64,000 nucleotides of DNA, from IMG/VR virus record IMGVR_UViG_3300032215_000682, positions 51,637-115,636 of that record. One strand, written 5' to 3'. The translations under genes and the position numbers were made by a program. The notes beneath the pieces were generated by a model. It was not told the DNA's origin, made no database searches, and was given only the letters and a program-made list of their open reading frames with translations. The stretch is from a virus. Positions 31,622 through 41,240 of this stretch are shown piece after piece (position 1 is the stretch's first letter; the number at the start of each line of letters is the position of its first letter).

Positions 31622-31939
31622 TTAATCTTCTTTCATCATAAATGACATTTCTACATCACCTTTAGTAGCAAGTTTTTTCTTATCTTCTTTCTCTCTTAAT
31701 TCATCTAAAGCTGATAACATCTTAGGAAGTTTTTCCATAATAAATGCAACAGTTTTTAATTGATCATTTTTTGAATTAATTATACCATTAACAACTCGCC
31801 CATTTGGTAATTCTTTAGGCCCATATTCATGTTGTAAATCATCTAAATTATAAGTATCAAGAGCTTTCCTCATTGATGCTATTTTATCTTCTAAATATTG
31901 TAATTCTAATGAAATATAATTTCCTTTATTTACTGCCAT
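31622..31939 (-). CDS. Putative terminase small subunit
   Basis: 105-aa helical protein immediately upstream of TerL. Confidence 0.4.
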   Translation of the reverse strand: MAVNKGNYISLELQYLEDKIASMRKALDTYNLDDLQHEYGPKELPNGRVVNGIINSKNDQLKTVAFIMEKLPKMLSALDELREKEDKKKLATKGDVEMSFMMKED

Positions 31940-32618
31940 AATAATCTTTTTTAAATACCCATTTAAAATCTTTATAAATTTCTTTTGATTTAATTGCTTT
32001 ACCTATCATTGGAGCACACATATTGATGCTCTTAGAAGCTTCTTTTACTGTACCAAATTCTTCTACAATAATATTAGTTATAGGATTTAATTTTAAAACA
32101 GCTTTGGCTACATAACTATCTTTACCTTTTCTACCAATTAAATCTGTCCTTTTATAAATTAAATCTTTCATCTTTTGTTTCTTAGATTCAGAACCTTTCA
32201 TACCAGTTCTTATCTTAGAAAATTTTTTACTTAGTTCTTTAGAAATTTTATAACCTTTTCTTCCATTTCCACTTTTACCACCTTCTGTAAAATTAACAAG
32301 TTCTCCTGTCTTTAATTTTCTTCTACCATAAAGTTTTATTAATTCTACCTCTCTAGCTAAACATTCTTTTCTATTATCAAATTCTTCTATAATTTCTATA
32401 TTATATCTATACTTATTAGCTACTCTTTTCCAATACCCACTTCTATTTTTAAAATTACAAGCTCTACCATAATATCCTTTATATTCACAAGTACCAATTC
32501 CTATGTAAAATATTCTATTAGTATCTGCTCTGGCATGTTGATAAAGATAATATTTTTTATTTACAAAATCACAATTTATTATAATACTATCACAACTAGA
32601 CTCACTATCAATTTCCAT
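31926..32618 (-). CDS. GIY-YIG-like homing endonuclease with NUMOD motifs
   Basis: YYLYQH..FYIGIG, E..LI..YGR, LVNFTEGG and a C-terminal NUMOD1-like F.TVKEAS. Confidence 0.75.
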   Translation of the reverse strand: MEIDSESSCDSIIINCDFVNKKYYLYQHARADTNRIFYIGIGTCEYKGYYGRACNFKNRSGYWKRVANKYRYNIEIIEEFDNRKECLAREVELIKLYGRRKLKTGELVNFTEGGKSGNGRKGYKISKELSKKFSKIRTGMKGSESKKQKMKDLIYKRTDLIGRKGKDSYVAKAVLKLNPITNIIVEEFGTVKEASKSINMCAPMIGKAIKSKEIYKDFKWVFKKDYYGSK

Positions 32619-32946
32619 TCTCTAATATTTTTTTAAGTTCAGAATAATATTCTATCTTTCCATCTTTAATTTCCACCATTCCTCCAAGAGCATACTGTAA
32701 TGAGTCTAATTTAGCTTTCATTTCTACTGTTAACACTTCTTCTAAGACACTTTCACATTCTATTTGAAGAATACTACACACCACTTTAAATTCAGCCTCT
32801 AATGCCATTATTTTAGTTATTAGAGCACCGAGTTTAATTTTATCAGATTGTGTTTTAACATCATTCTTTAATTTATCAATCTCAGGATTAATAATTCCAA
32901 TATCATTTAGTATTTTTTCTAATCTTTTTATTAACTTTTCCTTCAT
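32608..32946 (-). CDS. Hypothetical protein
   Basis: 112-aa ORF in operon orientation. Confidence 0.6.
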   Translation of the reverse strand: MKEKLIKRLEKILNDIGIINPEIDKLKNDVKTQSDKIKLGALITKIMALEAEFKVVCSILQIECESVLEEVLTVEMKAKLDSLQYALGGMVEIKDGKIEYYSELKKILENGN

Positions 32947-33292
32947 ATATTAATTCTAATTTACCTTTTATTTCTTTATAATAATTACCTGTTATTTTAT
33001 CATAGAATACATTACCAAGTAATTCTTCTAATTCTTCTTTTTTAATATTTTCCATTTATATTTTTTGCTATAAAATAAATTGCTTCAGTGGTATCTTCCA
33101 AATCAAATTCTTCTTTTATTTTATTCAAATAAACTTCTAATTTTTTAGATTTCTTTTTTAATTTTCTAGGCAATCTTTTAACAGTATAAGGAATACTAAA
33201 GGTCACACCACTTGGTTCTATCTCAGTCATTTTAAAAGGAGAGGTGTTAATTAAATTAATTTCATTTATATCTATCATATTTTAATATTTTT

Positions 33293-33772
33293 TCATTTCA
33301 ATAATTCAAGTTCTTCTTGTTCTGAAAATGTACACACTGGATCTAAATTATTAAAAATTTTATCCATCTTTGTACATATAATGACTTTTCCTTCTTTATC
33401 TAAACTCAAATAAGTTTCATTAGAAAATTCAGTATTAAGTCTTGGTATACTATTACAACTTTCTATTTTATTACCTTTACCTCCATAAGCTTTTGGATAA
33501 TCAAAAGGATTAGCTCTTGTTGCTGTTAAATTAACACCCTTAATAATAGATATTTTAGGTAGAGTAAATAATTTCTTAAAATTATTATAACTTTTCCAAA
33601 ATATATTTTTAAAAGATTGTGTATAATTAGGATTAATTATATAAAATTTTCCACTTCTAATTGGAATACTAATTGTAATTCTATTCCATTGAATATCTAT
33701 TTTTTGTATCTTTTGTTCCATAATATTAATATTTTCTAACATATTCAAAATCTTCTGAAAATTCTCCATCAC
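33293..33772 (-). CDS. Hypothetical protein
   Basis: ORF track; the true start is probably internal. Confidence 0.45.
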   Translation of the reverse strand: MMENFQKILNMLENINIMEQKIQKIDIQWNRITISIPIRSGKFYIINPNYTQSFKNIFWKSYNNFKKLFTLPKISIIKGVNLTATRANPFDYPKAYGGKGNKIESCNSIPRLNTEFSNETYLSLDKEGKVIICTKMDKIFNNLDPVCTFSEQEELELLK

Positions 33773-34010
33773 CTAAATAAGATTGTTCTAATTCTCTTTC
33801 ATATTCTTCTAGTCTTTTCATATACTTATCATTAGACCAATAATGAGGACTACTTCCATCACCTTTACTTCTAAGTATATTATTTCTATGTTGTGCAATA
33901 GGTATATCTGGATAGGTTTCTGCTATTGAAGCTTCTTTATTAATAATAGCACTTCTCAAATATCTTTCTGGTTTTGCTTCTTTAAATTCTCTTATTGTTT
34001 GTTCTTGCAT
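33726..34010 (-). CDS. Hypothetical protein
   Basis: 94-aa ORF. Confidence 0.55.
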   Translation of the reverse strand: MQEQTIREFKEAKPERYLRSAIINKEASIAETYPDIPIAQHRNNILRSKGDGSSPHYWSNDKYMKRLEEYERELEQSYLGDGEFSEDFEYVRKY

Positions 34011-34016
34011 TTTGAT

Positions 34017-34700
34017 TTATTTATTAATTTTTAAATTATATTTACTCTTAATATCTCTATAATTATTTTCTTTAAATAATGTATTATGTATTGTTGCAAA
34101 TAAAATATTCAATTTTTTAGATATTTCTAATATTGAAAAATTTTCATTATACATTTTAAATATTTCTATAATTATTTCTTCTGAATATCTTCTTCTTATA
34201 TTAGGTTTTCCTTTAGTACAATTTATTATTGATAATATTTGTTTTTCTGTTTTTGGTCTTTTACCTAATTTCTTTCCATTTTCTATAACTAATTTAGAAG
34301 CTACTCTACCCTCTTTCCATTTAATACCCTTTTTTGTACTACTCATTTTTTCTCTAACTTCTTTAATAGGTGAATATGTACCTTTTCCACCATTATTACT
34401 ATTTACGAGTTTAGCTCCTAGAGATTTAAAAAGTAATATAGTTTCTATTTCACATTCATTTATACTTTCTAATTTTACACATCTTAATATTTCCATATTA
34501 ATAGTATTACCTTTAAGTAATTCAAATTGAATCCATTTATGCTTATAATATTTTAATCTCTTACTCTCACAAATATGACTTCTTAATCTTGCTTTAGGAT
34601 TTTTTGAATACCCTATATATCTAATAATATTATTACTAGAAGATTTTAATCCATAAATATAACTAATTTCAGTGTAATTATTCATATTACCATTTGCCAA
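34017..34700 (-). CDS. GIY-YIG homing endonuclease
   Basis: YIYGL...RYIGYS..P..RL..H, E...I, LVN...GG and NUMOD3-like EVREKMS. Confidence 0.8.
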   Translation of the reverse strand: MANGNMNNYTEISYIYGLKSSSNNIIRYIGYSKNPKARLRSHICESKRLKYYKHKWIQFELLKGNTINMEILRCVKLESINECEIETILLFKSLGAKLVNSNNGGKGTYSPIKEVREKMSSTKKGIKWKEGRVASKLVIENGKKLGKRPKTEKQILSIINCTKGKPNIRRRYSEEIIIEIFKMYNENFSILEISKKLNILFATIHNTLFKENNYRDIKSKYNLKINK

Positions 34701-34899
34701 GAGGGCAACTTATTTTTTCTTTACTTTCAACATTACTCATTGACTTCATTAAAAGTGGACATTGACATATACCACATTTATCATCTTCAACATCTTTATC
34801 CCAATCAAAAGTTTCACTATTATAAGACTGTCTATTAGGACATGTCTTACATATCTCAAGTCTAGCTTTTGATATTTTTTCTATTTCTTCTATTTTCAT
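34687..34899 (-). CDS. Small Zn-binding protein
   Basis: RLEICKTCP...CGICQCPL...CPLGKW. Confidence 0.7.
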   Translation of the reverse strand: MKIEEIEKISKARLEICKTCPNRQSYNSETFDWDKDVEDDKCGICQCPLLMKSMSNVESKEKISCPLGKW

Positions 34900-35267
34900 T
34901 ACTCTGCTATTTGTATTATTTTAAGCATTGAATACTGTACATCATTTATAGTAAAGTCATAACAGCACCAAGGTAATCCTCCTAATATAACTTGATTCAT
35001 TTCTCTACTTCCTTTATTACTATCTAAATTCTTATCATATTGGATTTTAAACTTTCCTTTTGGAGTTAGATAATAAAATTCTTCATAATTTGGTATTGTT
35101 ATATTACCATTATTTTGAACTAAATTTACAAATTTAGGGAATATCTCTTCTATAAATATTCTAGTTAATTCACTAGTTGCTCCTCTTCCTGTTTTAATAA
35201 TAACATCTCCTTCTGGTAGAATATCTATTATTTCTTCTTTATTTTTACTTATTATTTCAAATTTCAT
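34899..35267 (-). CDS. Hypothetical protein
   Basis: 122-aa ORF. Confidence 0.55.
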   Translation of the reverse strand: MKFEIISKNKEEIIDILPEGDVIIKTGRGATSELTRIFIEEIFPKFVNLVQNNGNITIPNYEEFYYLTPKGKFKIQYDKNLDSNKGSREMNQVILGGLPWCCYDFTINDVQYSMLKIIQIAE

Positions 35268-35631
35268 GTTTTCGATTTATTTTTTTGTTCAAACTTTTTA
35301 AATTTAGTTTTACTACACACTGTAAATAATACATTTGTAAAACTAACATCATCTATTATAAAACCATCTTCTCCAAAATGTTCTTCTATAAAATTAGTAA
35401 GTTTTTCTTTTTAAATTTTTGTTAATCTTATTTGCATATCTATCGCAACTTTTCCTATATTGTATTTATGATTAGTTATTTTTTTAAATAAAAATTGTCC
35501 TATTCTTTTCATTTTAATATTTTATATATTTTCCATAATTTATTTTAGTAGTTTATATATCTTCCATCTAATAAAATTAGTCCATCCTTCTATTATTTCT
35601 TTTCTATGTTTCCAAATGTATATTATTCTTT

Positions 35632-35979
35632 TCATTTTTCTTCTTCATATTTATTTACTAAATCTAATAGATATTCCATAAACTTTTCTTTTGTTTTCTT
35701 ATCTATATCTTGTAAAGAATTCCAACACCAAACACAATCATAGTCTGTAGCTCTATCATAAACAAATTTACCTGCTATAGGAAATACTAAATAAACTCCA
35801 AAATCTTCATAAAAACTTTTTTGAAAAAGAAACACATCTTTTAATTGTCCTAAATCACTAAAAGTATTACTAATACTATCCTTAAAGTTATCAAATTCAG
35901 AATTATAAATAAGAGTATTATTTTGGAAATTATCCCAGTCTTTACTCTTTATATACTCACTTAATATTATTTCTTCCAT
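35632..35979 (-). CDS. Hypothetical protein
   Basis: 115-aa ORF. Confidence 0.55.
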   Translation of the reverse strand: MEEIILSEYIKSKDWDNFQNNTLIYNSEFDNFKDSISNTFSDLGQLKDVFLFQKSFYEDFGVYLVFPIAGKFVYDRATDYDCVWCWNSLQDIDKKTKEKFMEYLLDLVNKYEEEK

Positions 35980-36388
35980 ATTTTTCTTTTCTTGCTAAAT
36001 AAACATGTCTTAATGATTCTAATTGTTTCCAACATGCTCTTAATTTCAATGTAACATCAGTTTCCATATTTACTATTTGTGGATAGCCAAGTCTATATCT
36101 TTCTGATTTTCTTAACCTTCTTGCTATATTAATTAAATCTCTTGTGTATTTTCTAAGAGAAGAATTATTAGTATAGAATATTCCAAGATGCTTAACTTCT
36201 AAAACAGGAAAAGATGAAGTGTCTATTTGTTTTTTAAACTCCCTCCAAAACATTTCATTGATAATTTCTATCTTTTCAAAATCTTTAATAGGACATTTAT
36301 CATTCTTTGCTACTTTATGATTTATATAAGCTAAGTTTCCTAACATATTAACGATTGTCAAGTAATATTTTAAACAAAGCCACATCAC
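35957..36388 (-). CDS. Second IHF/HU-like protein
   Basis: 'I..I..MFW.E.K..I......LEVKHLG.F' HU-like pattern. The start is probably the MLGNL at about 36346. Confidence 0.5.
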   Translation of the reverse strand: MMWLCLKYYLTIVNMLGNLAYINHKVAKNDKCPIKDFEKIEIINEMFWREFKKQIDTSSFPVLEVKHLGIFYTNNSSLRKYTRDLINIARRLRKSERYRLGYPQIVNMETDVTLKLRACWKQLESLRHVYLARKEKYGRNNIK

Positions 36389-36689
36389 TTAAAGGAAAAT
36401 TTAAATCATCACAAAGACATTCTCCAAATCCTTTATTCTTAATCATTCCCACTTTTCTTAATTTAGAAACAGTGTTATCTAATGCTGCTTTATTCTTTAA
36501 TATTTTATTTTCAATTAGTTGTTCTTTAGTGTATTGATTATATCCTTGTCCTAGGAAATGAGACAACACTAATATCTCACTCTTTGATAATGTAATGTTT
36601 TTTGTTAATGCTACAATACAAACTAATATTCTTGCCATATCAATTTTGTTATTGGTTTTTAACACTGTCTTTAATTGTATTGGTTCCAT
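36348..36689 (-). CDS. Winged-HTH DNA-binding protein
   Basis: LSKSEILVL...ALDNTVSKLRKVGMIK. Confidence 0.6.
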   Translation of the reverse strand: MEPIQLKTVLKTNNKIDMARILVCIVALTKNITLSKSEILVLSHFLGQGYNQYTKEQLIENKILKNKAALDNTVSKLRKVGMIKNKGFGECLCDDLNFPLSDVALFKILLDNR

Positions 36690-36719
36690 TCTTTATTTTT
36701 ATTCTTGAAATAGTATATT

Positions 36720-36992
36720 TCAAATTTCTTTCAATACCACTCTCTTCCTAATCCATGTTTTAGGTATTTTAATACATCCATCTAAATTTTTTATTCCATG
36801 TTCTTGAGGATTTATTCTAGAAGCTATTAACATGTATTCTTTAGTTTCTTTAATTAAAAATCCTGTTTGTTGAATTACCCAATCTGTTGTATCTGTCCAT
36901 TTTAATATTTCTTCTTCTGAAAGCCATGATGTATTATTACTAATAGCATCTATCCATTCTATGTATATTAAAGGAAATGTTTTATCTTTCAT
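36720..36992 (-). CDS. Hypothetical protein (IEW.DA family)
   Basis: IEWIDA...TGFL...IP motif common in phages. Confidence 0.55.
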   Translation of the reverse strand: MKDKTFPLIYIEWIDAISNNTSWLSEEEILKWTDTTDWVIQQTGFLIKETKEYMLIASRINPQEHGIKNLDGCIKIPKTWIRKRVVLKEI

Positions 36993-37255
36993 TCTTTATT
37001 TTTAAATATTTCTAATGTATAAATAGTATCTCCACCTCCCATCATATCTTGATAATAAATAGCTGTAATAGTTTTACAATTATAACATTCATAACATCCA
37101 GTCCAAGATAAAGATGGTAAATGATTTACATAACATCCACATTTATAACAACCTTTTTTATTCTTTTTAACATCAATTGTTTCTATTAATTTAAAGTTTT
37201 TCTGTAAATCTTTATAATCAATTAGTTTACTATCTGTATATTCTTTAATAGTCAT
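36989..37255 (-). CDS. Zn-finger-like hypothetical protein, first gene of the leftward operon
   Basis: CYKC and CYNC pairs. Confidence 0.55.
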   Translation of the reverse strand: MTIKEYTDSKLIDYKDLQKNFKLIETIDVKKNKKGCYKCGCYVNHLPSLSWTGCYECYNCKTITAIYYQDMMGGGDTIYTLEIFKNKE

Positions 37256-37578
37256 TTAAAATATATTTTGTATTTTCAATTAGACATAAGAAGCCCTTAC
37301 ACATTTAAGTGCTTTTTGTTTTTAATTTAGATTTTCATACTACCAGGTGTCTTACTTATAACCACATTTGCATGTTTTCCTTTCTGTCCACTTATTGCTT
37401 CTTGCTTTTAAAAGAAGTAGGAAATCCTGTTTCTTATATCTAAACCATTTTTGTCACTATTGGAGAAAATCAATTTCAACTATATTTCTATGTCTACTCT
37501 CCCAATCCAACTTCTGAGCTACTATTTAATAGCTGATAGAAATTATTCCTAAAGTCAAAATAATTATCTGTGACTATA

Positions 37579-37610
37579 CAAAGATAATATATGTTTTTGA
37601 CATTTGCAAG
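37579..37610 (-). promoter_or_regulatory. Bacteroidota-type promoter
   Basis: Minus strand CTTG-N20-TATCTTTG. Confidence 0.55.
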
Positions 37611-37649
37611 TTTTTTACAAACTTTAACATATTATTATTTTAGTGTCTG

Positions 37650-37701
37650 CAAATATAAACTATTAATTTGACATTTCCAAATGTCTCATAAAATTATGTG
37701 A
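37650..37701 (-). promoter_or_regulatory. Consensus Bacteroidota promoter with palindromic operator, heading the structural arm
   Basis: Minus strand TTTG-N20-TATATTTG. TCATAAAATTATGTGA at 37686-37701. Confidence 0.7.
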
Positions 37702-38140
37702 AAACACTGAAAACTCTCTTTTATCTATTTAACAAATTTTATGTTAATTTATTTTAACATTAGAGCAAAATATTTTTGTTTATATAGTATATTTTTGACC
37801 AGAGGATTTTTAATTTTTATTAATTCTAAAATCTAAATAGAACTTCCCCAAGGTGAAAAGTTTCTTTGAACAGAGGAAACTTGTTTACTCAATCTATTAT
37901 GTATATAATACATAATAGAGAATATGATAGGTGAGTTTAAAAATAACCCATTAGAGACACTTTTATTTAAAATACACCCTCCTATACCACTTAGCCTATA
38001 TTAAGCCCCCTATACTAGCTTAAAATTTGTTTTATGTGTGTTTTATAGTAAACCCAGATCCAAAAAAGACCCACACCAAATCTTGAGGAGCATCTATGCC
38101 CCCTCTATCTATTATTCATTCATAAAAAATTCAGACAAAA

Positions 38141-38533
38141 ATGAAAAGAACATCTATCAAAAGTCTTGTAATATCTAAGACTATCAACTCAATATCTTCA
38201 TTGAGAACAAACACTTCAGGATATTTCTATGTCACTATGCTTAGTGGCACTAAGAGCAGCAATCTGTATCTAAGTAAAACTGCTACAGCAACTGCTAATG
38301 CATTAGGCTTGATGGCTGATGACAAAATACCTGCTGAACTTTTGAAGAACTCTGAAGTAGTTGAGACTACTAATGAGGCTAAAGAAGTGAGATATAAACT
38401 CTCATTTGGTAATTCAGGTGTCTATGCTTCATCAACAGAGCTGAATGACATCTTTGGTATTGAAGAGCAAATGGGTGATTTTGATGTTGTAGCATTCAAA
38501 GCTACATTCACTGAAAAGCCTGTTGCTGCTTAA
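38141..38533 (+). CDS. Hypothetical early protein
   Basis: First rightward ORF, with an A-rich leader. Confidence 0.7.
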   Translation: MKRTSIKSLVISKTINSISSLRTNTSGYFYVTMLSGTKSSNLYLSKTATATANALGLMADDKIPAELLKNSEVVETTNEAKEVRYKLSFGNSGVYASSTELNDIFGIEEQMGDFDVVAFKATFTEKPVAA

Positions 38534-38539
38534 ATTAAT

Positions 38540-38574
38540 AGAATAGATTGGTGCTAATAACACCTTTCTATTCT
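38540..38574 (+). other. Intercistronic hairpin with tandem U.U mismatch
   Basis: AGAATAGA-TT-GGTG-CTAATAA-CACC-TT-TCTATTCT. Confidence 0.6.
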
Positions 38575-38613
38575 TATTTGTAAAACATTTAAAATCAATT
38601 AAAATTTAACAAA

Positions 38614-39039
38614 ATGAACAAAATCATCCAACAATTACTTGTCAAGACATTTCCTACTATGGACATTACTTCTCTTATGGAAGTAATAAATGCTACAGAT
38701 AAACCTGAAATAGCTACTGAAATACTTTGTGGTATTTATGTAGCTCCTGAAACTGGTGCTACTATCAGAACTCATGAAGGTAGAGGAACTGTAGAGTTCA
38801 AAGGTTATGATAAATGGAAAGATGAAATATCTTGCACATATCAAGAACCTGTAACAAAGAGTGGTTATTTTCCTAAAGAGACAGATAGAGGTATAATAAC
38901 TCTGGAGAATTTTGATACTCTCAAAGTTCCTTATTCTTCTAATACTATTAGTGTTTCTATCAAAACAGAAGAATTCAGATTAGCAAAATATACATGTTCT
39001 TTAGAAACTTGGCTTCAGCTTCCAGTATTAGCTGTATAA
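38614..39039 (+). CDS. Hypothetical early protein
   Basis: 141-aa ORF. Confidence 0.7.
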   Translation: MNKIIQQLLVKTFPTMDITSLMEVINATDKPEIATEILCGIYVAPETGATIRTHEGRGTVEFKGYDKWKDEISCTYQEPVTKSGYFPKETDRGIITLENFDTLKVPYSSNTISVSIKTEEFRLAKYTCSLETWLQLPVLAV

Positions 39040-39048
39040 GACTTTAAT

Positions 39049-39092
39049 GGTTCAGAGGAGATAACTTCAAATCTGAACCTTTCCTTTTTTTT
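39049..39092 (+). terminator. Probable intrinsic terminator
   Basis: GGTTCAGA...TCTGAACC stem followed by a U-rich tract. Confidence 0.5.
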
Positions 39093-39461
39093 ACTCAAAA
39101 TTAAAATCCATAAATGTGTATGCAAGAATTTGATATAGAAGAATCTATAGGAAGCTTATCAATGCTCTATTATAGTTGTTACACTCTTAAAAAGGAAAAA
39201 GACATCAAAGAAACAAACAAAGCTATAGAACTTATTGAAAATAATATCATAGCTCAGTTTAAAAAATTAAAAAAACAATTAAATAAACAATTATGTACAC
39301 AATAACAGTGTTTGGTCAAGTGGTTTATTCTACTATTGATAATTTAACAGAACTATTTAATATATTTTTTCTATTAAAATCATCAGAATGGAAGAATAGT
39401 GTACAAATGAGAATATCATAACCTTTTGATTATCATTTGTTTCAAATGACATCAATTTAAT

Positions 39462-39554
39462 AGAGAAGATTTGTTGTAGTAGTGGGTACTCATGTAATAT
39501 TGAGACTAGTCTAACCATAAACAGCAATGTGTGTAACTACAACATTTCTTCTCT
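39462..39554 (+). ncRNA. Candidate structured RNA
   Basis: AGAGAAGA-TT-TGTTGTAGT pairs with ACTACAACA-TT-TCTTCTCT, enclosing CTCA/TGAG and ACA-GCAA-TGT hairpins. Confidence 0.5.
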
Positions 39555-39641
39555 TATTATTTTCTTGATTAACACATTTGAGGAGCACAGAACTCTATAC
39601 AATATGAATCACTCTGAACATTGTATTCTTAAGCAAGTGTG

Positions 39642-40166
39642 TTAATCTTTTATCTCACCATCCTTAGTAATATCTCTAAAGAACATACTAAGTTCACAAT
39701 TAATAGTCTTTCTTTTCCTTGCTATATAAGGATTAAGCATATAAATCTTTTGTACATAACCAGAAGGTGCACATACACAATAAGATAGAACATTCTTATT
39801 AAACAGTCTTTTGACCATTTTATAAAACTCATCAATACTCATATTAAGTTTAACTGCAAGAGTATCAGATGTATGTGGATGATTATTATTTTGTGATATA
39901 ACAGAACAATCTCCTTTTAACATATTTCCCATTTTAAATACTCTTGCTATATCTACATTAGAAAACTCTTTAGCAAGATATATCATAGCTTCAGAGCTGA
40001 ATGTTACATACTCATCTGAGTTGATAATGAATTGATTAGTTCCTTCTTTCATAGTGATAGTAATGTTATTCTTCACTTCAGAAGATAATAGTTCACCTGT
40101 TTCAATATTAACATATTGATCAGGTATTAATTTGGAATTCTTTTTAATTTTTGTAATTGTATTCAT
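39642..40166 (-). CDS. RepL-like replication/maintenance protein
   Basis: VNIETGEL N-terminal motif, HTH region and C-terminal YMLNPY. Confidence 0.6.
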   Translation of the reverse strand: MNTITKIKKNSKLIPDQYVNIETGELLSSEVKNNITITMKEGTNQFIINSDEYVTFSSEAMIYLAKEFSNVDIARVFKMGNMLKGDCSVISQNNNHPHTSDTLAVKLNMSIDEFYKMVKRLFNKNVLSYCVCAPSGYVQKIYMLNPYIARKRKTINCELSMFFRDITKDGEIKD

Positions 40167-40321
40167 ATATTTGTATTTTAAATCCTGAAAGTAGTGGTTT
40201 TTCTCTACTAATAACCTAAAAAGTAGTGATTTTCCACTAGTCTTATAATCTTTTGTAATTTATACTAGTATTAAGTTAGAGAATGATTTTAATTAGTTTC
40301 CTTCTTATTATTATTTGAATA

Positions 40322-40373
40322 CAAATATACAAAGAATATTCCAATAAAACAAATCTCTCACATAATTATGTGA
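40322..40373 (-). promoter_or_regulatory. Consensus Bacteroidota promoter of the repL-like gene with perfect palindromic operator
   Basis: Minus strand TTTG-N20-TATATTTG. TCACATAATTATGTGA at 40358-40373. Confidence 0.7.
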
Positions 40374-40390
40374 ATTTATATAAAACTTAT

Positions 40391-40475
40391 GCCTCCATGA
40401 TGAAAAGGTAGACATGAAAGATTTAAAATCTTTTTTCCCTAAAAGGAAGTGTTGGTTCAAATCCAACTGGAGGTA
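40391..40475 (+). tRNA. tRNA-Leu(UAA)
   Basis: Acceptor GCCTCCA/TGGAGGT, anticodon arm AAAGA-TTTAAAA-TCTTT, long variable arm, T arm GTTGG-TTCAAAT-CCAAC. Confidence 0.9.
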
Positions 40476-41240
40476 CTATTAATTAATTTAAAAACAAAAT
40501 AACATGTTTAATATAAAAGAAAAACTTGCAGTAGTGTCTATTATTAGCAATGTGTCTCCTGAATCTAAAAAAATTCAACAAGAAATCATTGATGAATTTG
40601 AAAGAATTCAAAAAGAAAATGAGAAATTAAAAATTTTAATTGATTTATCTAATATATTTTGGATAACTAATTGATTTTCATTAAATTATTAATAGAAATT
40701 AGTGTTGATTGATGTACATAAATTACATTCCATCAATAAAACTCTTACAAAATTTCTATTTAACATAATATTATTTACAGAACACTCTAATAACAAATTA
40801 ATTTGTTAAAAAATTGTTAAAATATACAAATCATGCTACAAACCATCTTACTAATATCTCTAATTTGTAATGGAATATTTATTTCTTTTAATGAAGAAGG
40901 TATGATATTTTACAAAATTGGAAAATATTTAGAACAACATACAATAAACATATTGAGAGAGTATAATGAGGGAAGGGTAGCTTAAATTCTATAATAATAG
41001 CTATTTAGGAAATATCATATATATTAGTAATTATATTTTCTCATATCTTATTCTTGCAAGATAAAAAGTTAAGCCTGATCAGCTTAATAGAACAGATTTT
41101 TATTGAAATTAGCAGGCAAAACTTATAGCACTAACTATAATACCTAGCTGTAGGGTGTATTCCAATGATACAATCTAATACATAGTTTTTATGTTCATTT
41201 TTTAATTAATTGTCTCATTCATTATAAATGCCTCATTTAT

